From assembly GCA_963813075.1 (NCBI GenBank), contig CAWEXU010000031.1, forward strand, positions 192,001 through 256,000: DNA of 64,000 bases. Reading direction: 5' to 3'. Source of the DNA: Methanotrichaceae archaeon (lineage in GTDB: Archaea; Halobacteriota; Methanosarcinia; Methanotrichales; Methanotrichaceae). Under the pieces are notes generated by a model. That model was given only the letters and a program-made list of their open reading frames with translations. It was not told where the DNA came from and searched no databases. This document shows, piece by piece, positions 63,686 through 64,000 of the stretch (position 1 is its first letter; each line of letters begins with the position of its first letter). The translations under genes were made by a program, and so were the position numbers.

Positions 63686-64000
63686 CTAATCCGCAGATGT
63701 CAGTCGCATGAACCTCTCCTGCGCCTTTTCCAGGATCTCCTCCTCTCCCAGGGATGATGCCGTTTTGCATCAGCACCCTTCCATTGACGATGGTGGTGTC
63801 CACCCCTCCGGCCATGCTGTAGACCAGGTGGGATAGGATGCTCGACTGGGGGATAAACCAGGGCTTTTTCAGGTCGATCAGGGCCAGGTCGGCATTGGCA
63901 CCGGCGAATATTCCGTTGTTCATTCCGAATGCCCGGTAGGCGTTCTTCGTGGCGAACTGCCAGATCTGCTCAGCCGAGAAGGCGGCAGGAGTGTGGTAGG
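63686..64000 (-). CDS. amidohydrolase (MTA/SAH/5'-deoxyadenosine deaminase-like), 3' part only
   Basis: ATKNA, ADLALIDL, SHLVYS, VDTTIVNGRVLM; runs off the window end. Confidence 0.8.

Noticed and set aside
4441..63800. Frameshifts in herA, mre11, rad50, fpoCD, ligase, tupA/C, GGR and others as pseudogenes or programmed recoding
   Set aside because: Single-base indels are scattered through conserved and essential genes, several at homopolymers, without in-frame decay; sequencing or assembly error is the simpler explanation

Overview
Chromosomal window from a methanogenic archaeon, very probably Methanothrix (Methanosaeta). The basis is an fpoA-N operon without fpoF/fpoO, cysteate synthase, the MJ0400-type aroA' and a Tfx regulator. 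Many conserved genes carry single-base indels, several at homopolymers, which look like long-read assembly errors rather than pseudogenes. Left to right the window holds: an AT-rich ~3.2 kb islet bracketed by a diverged duplication of a host gene 3' end; a cysteate synthase/ATPase/GTPase/Fe-S operon with a divergent HTH regulator; a cluster of paralogous secreted proteins; a Ni/Co ECF transporter; the Fpo complex; dys, ubiX and transporters; nurA-herA-mre11-rad50; an IS1634 element; Ku plus an ATP-dependent ligase; a tungstate ABC transporter with tfx; and several toxin-antitoxin loci in which the toxin is broken and the antitoxin kept. The most striking unexplained signal is a ~370-nt, densely base-paired non-coding region (about 50785-51155, minus strand) directly downstream of ku-lig. 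It has its own TATA box and strand-specific G-U pairs, and I cannot assign it to a known RNA family. All structure calls were made by eye; no searches or folding were run.
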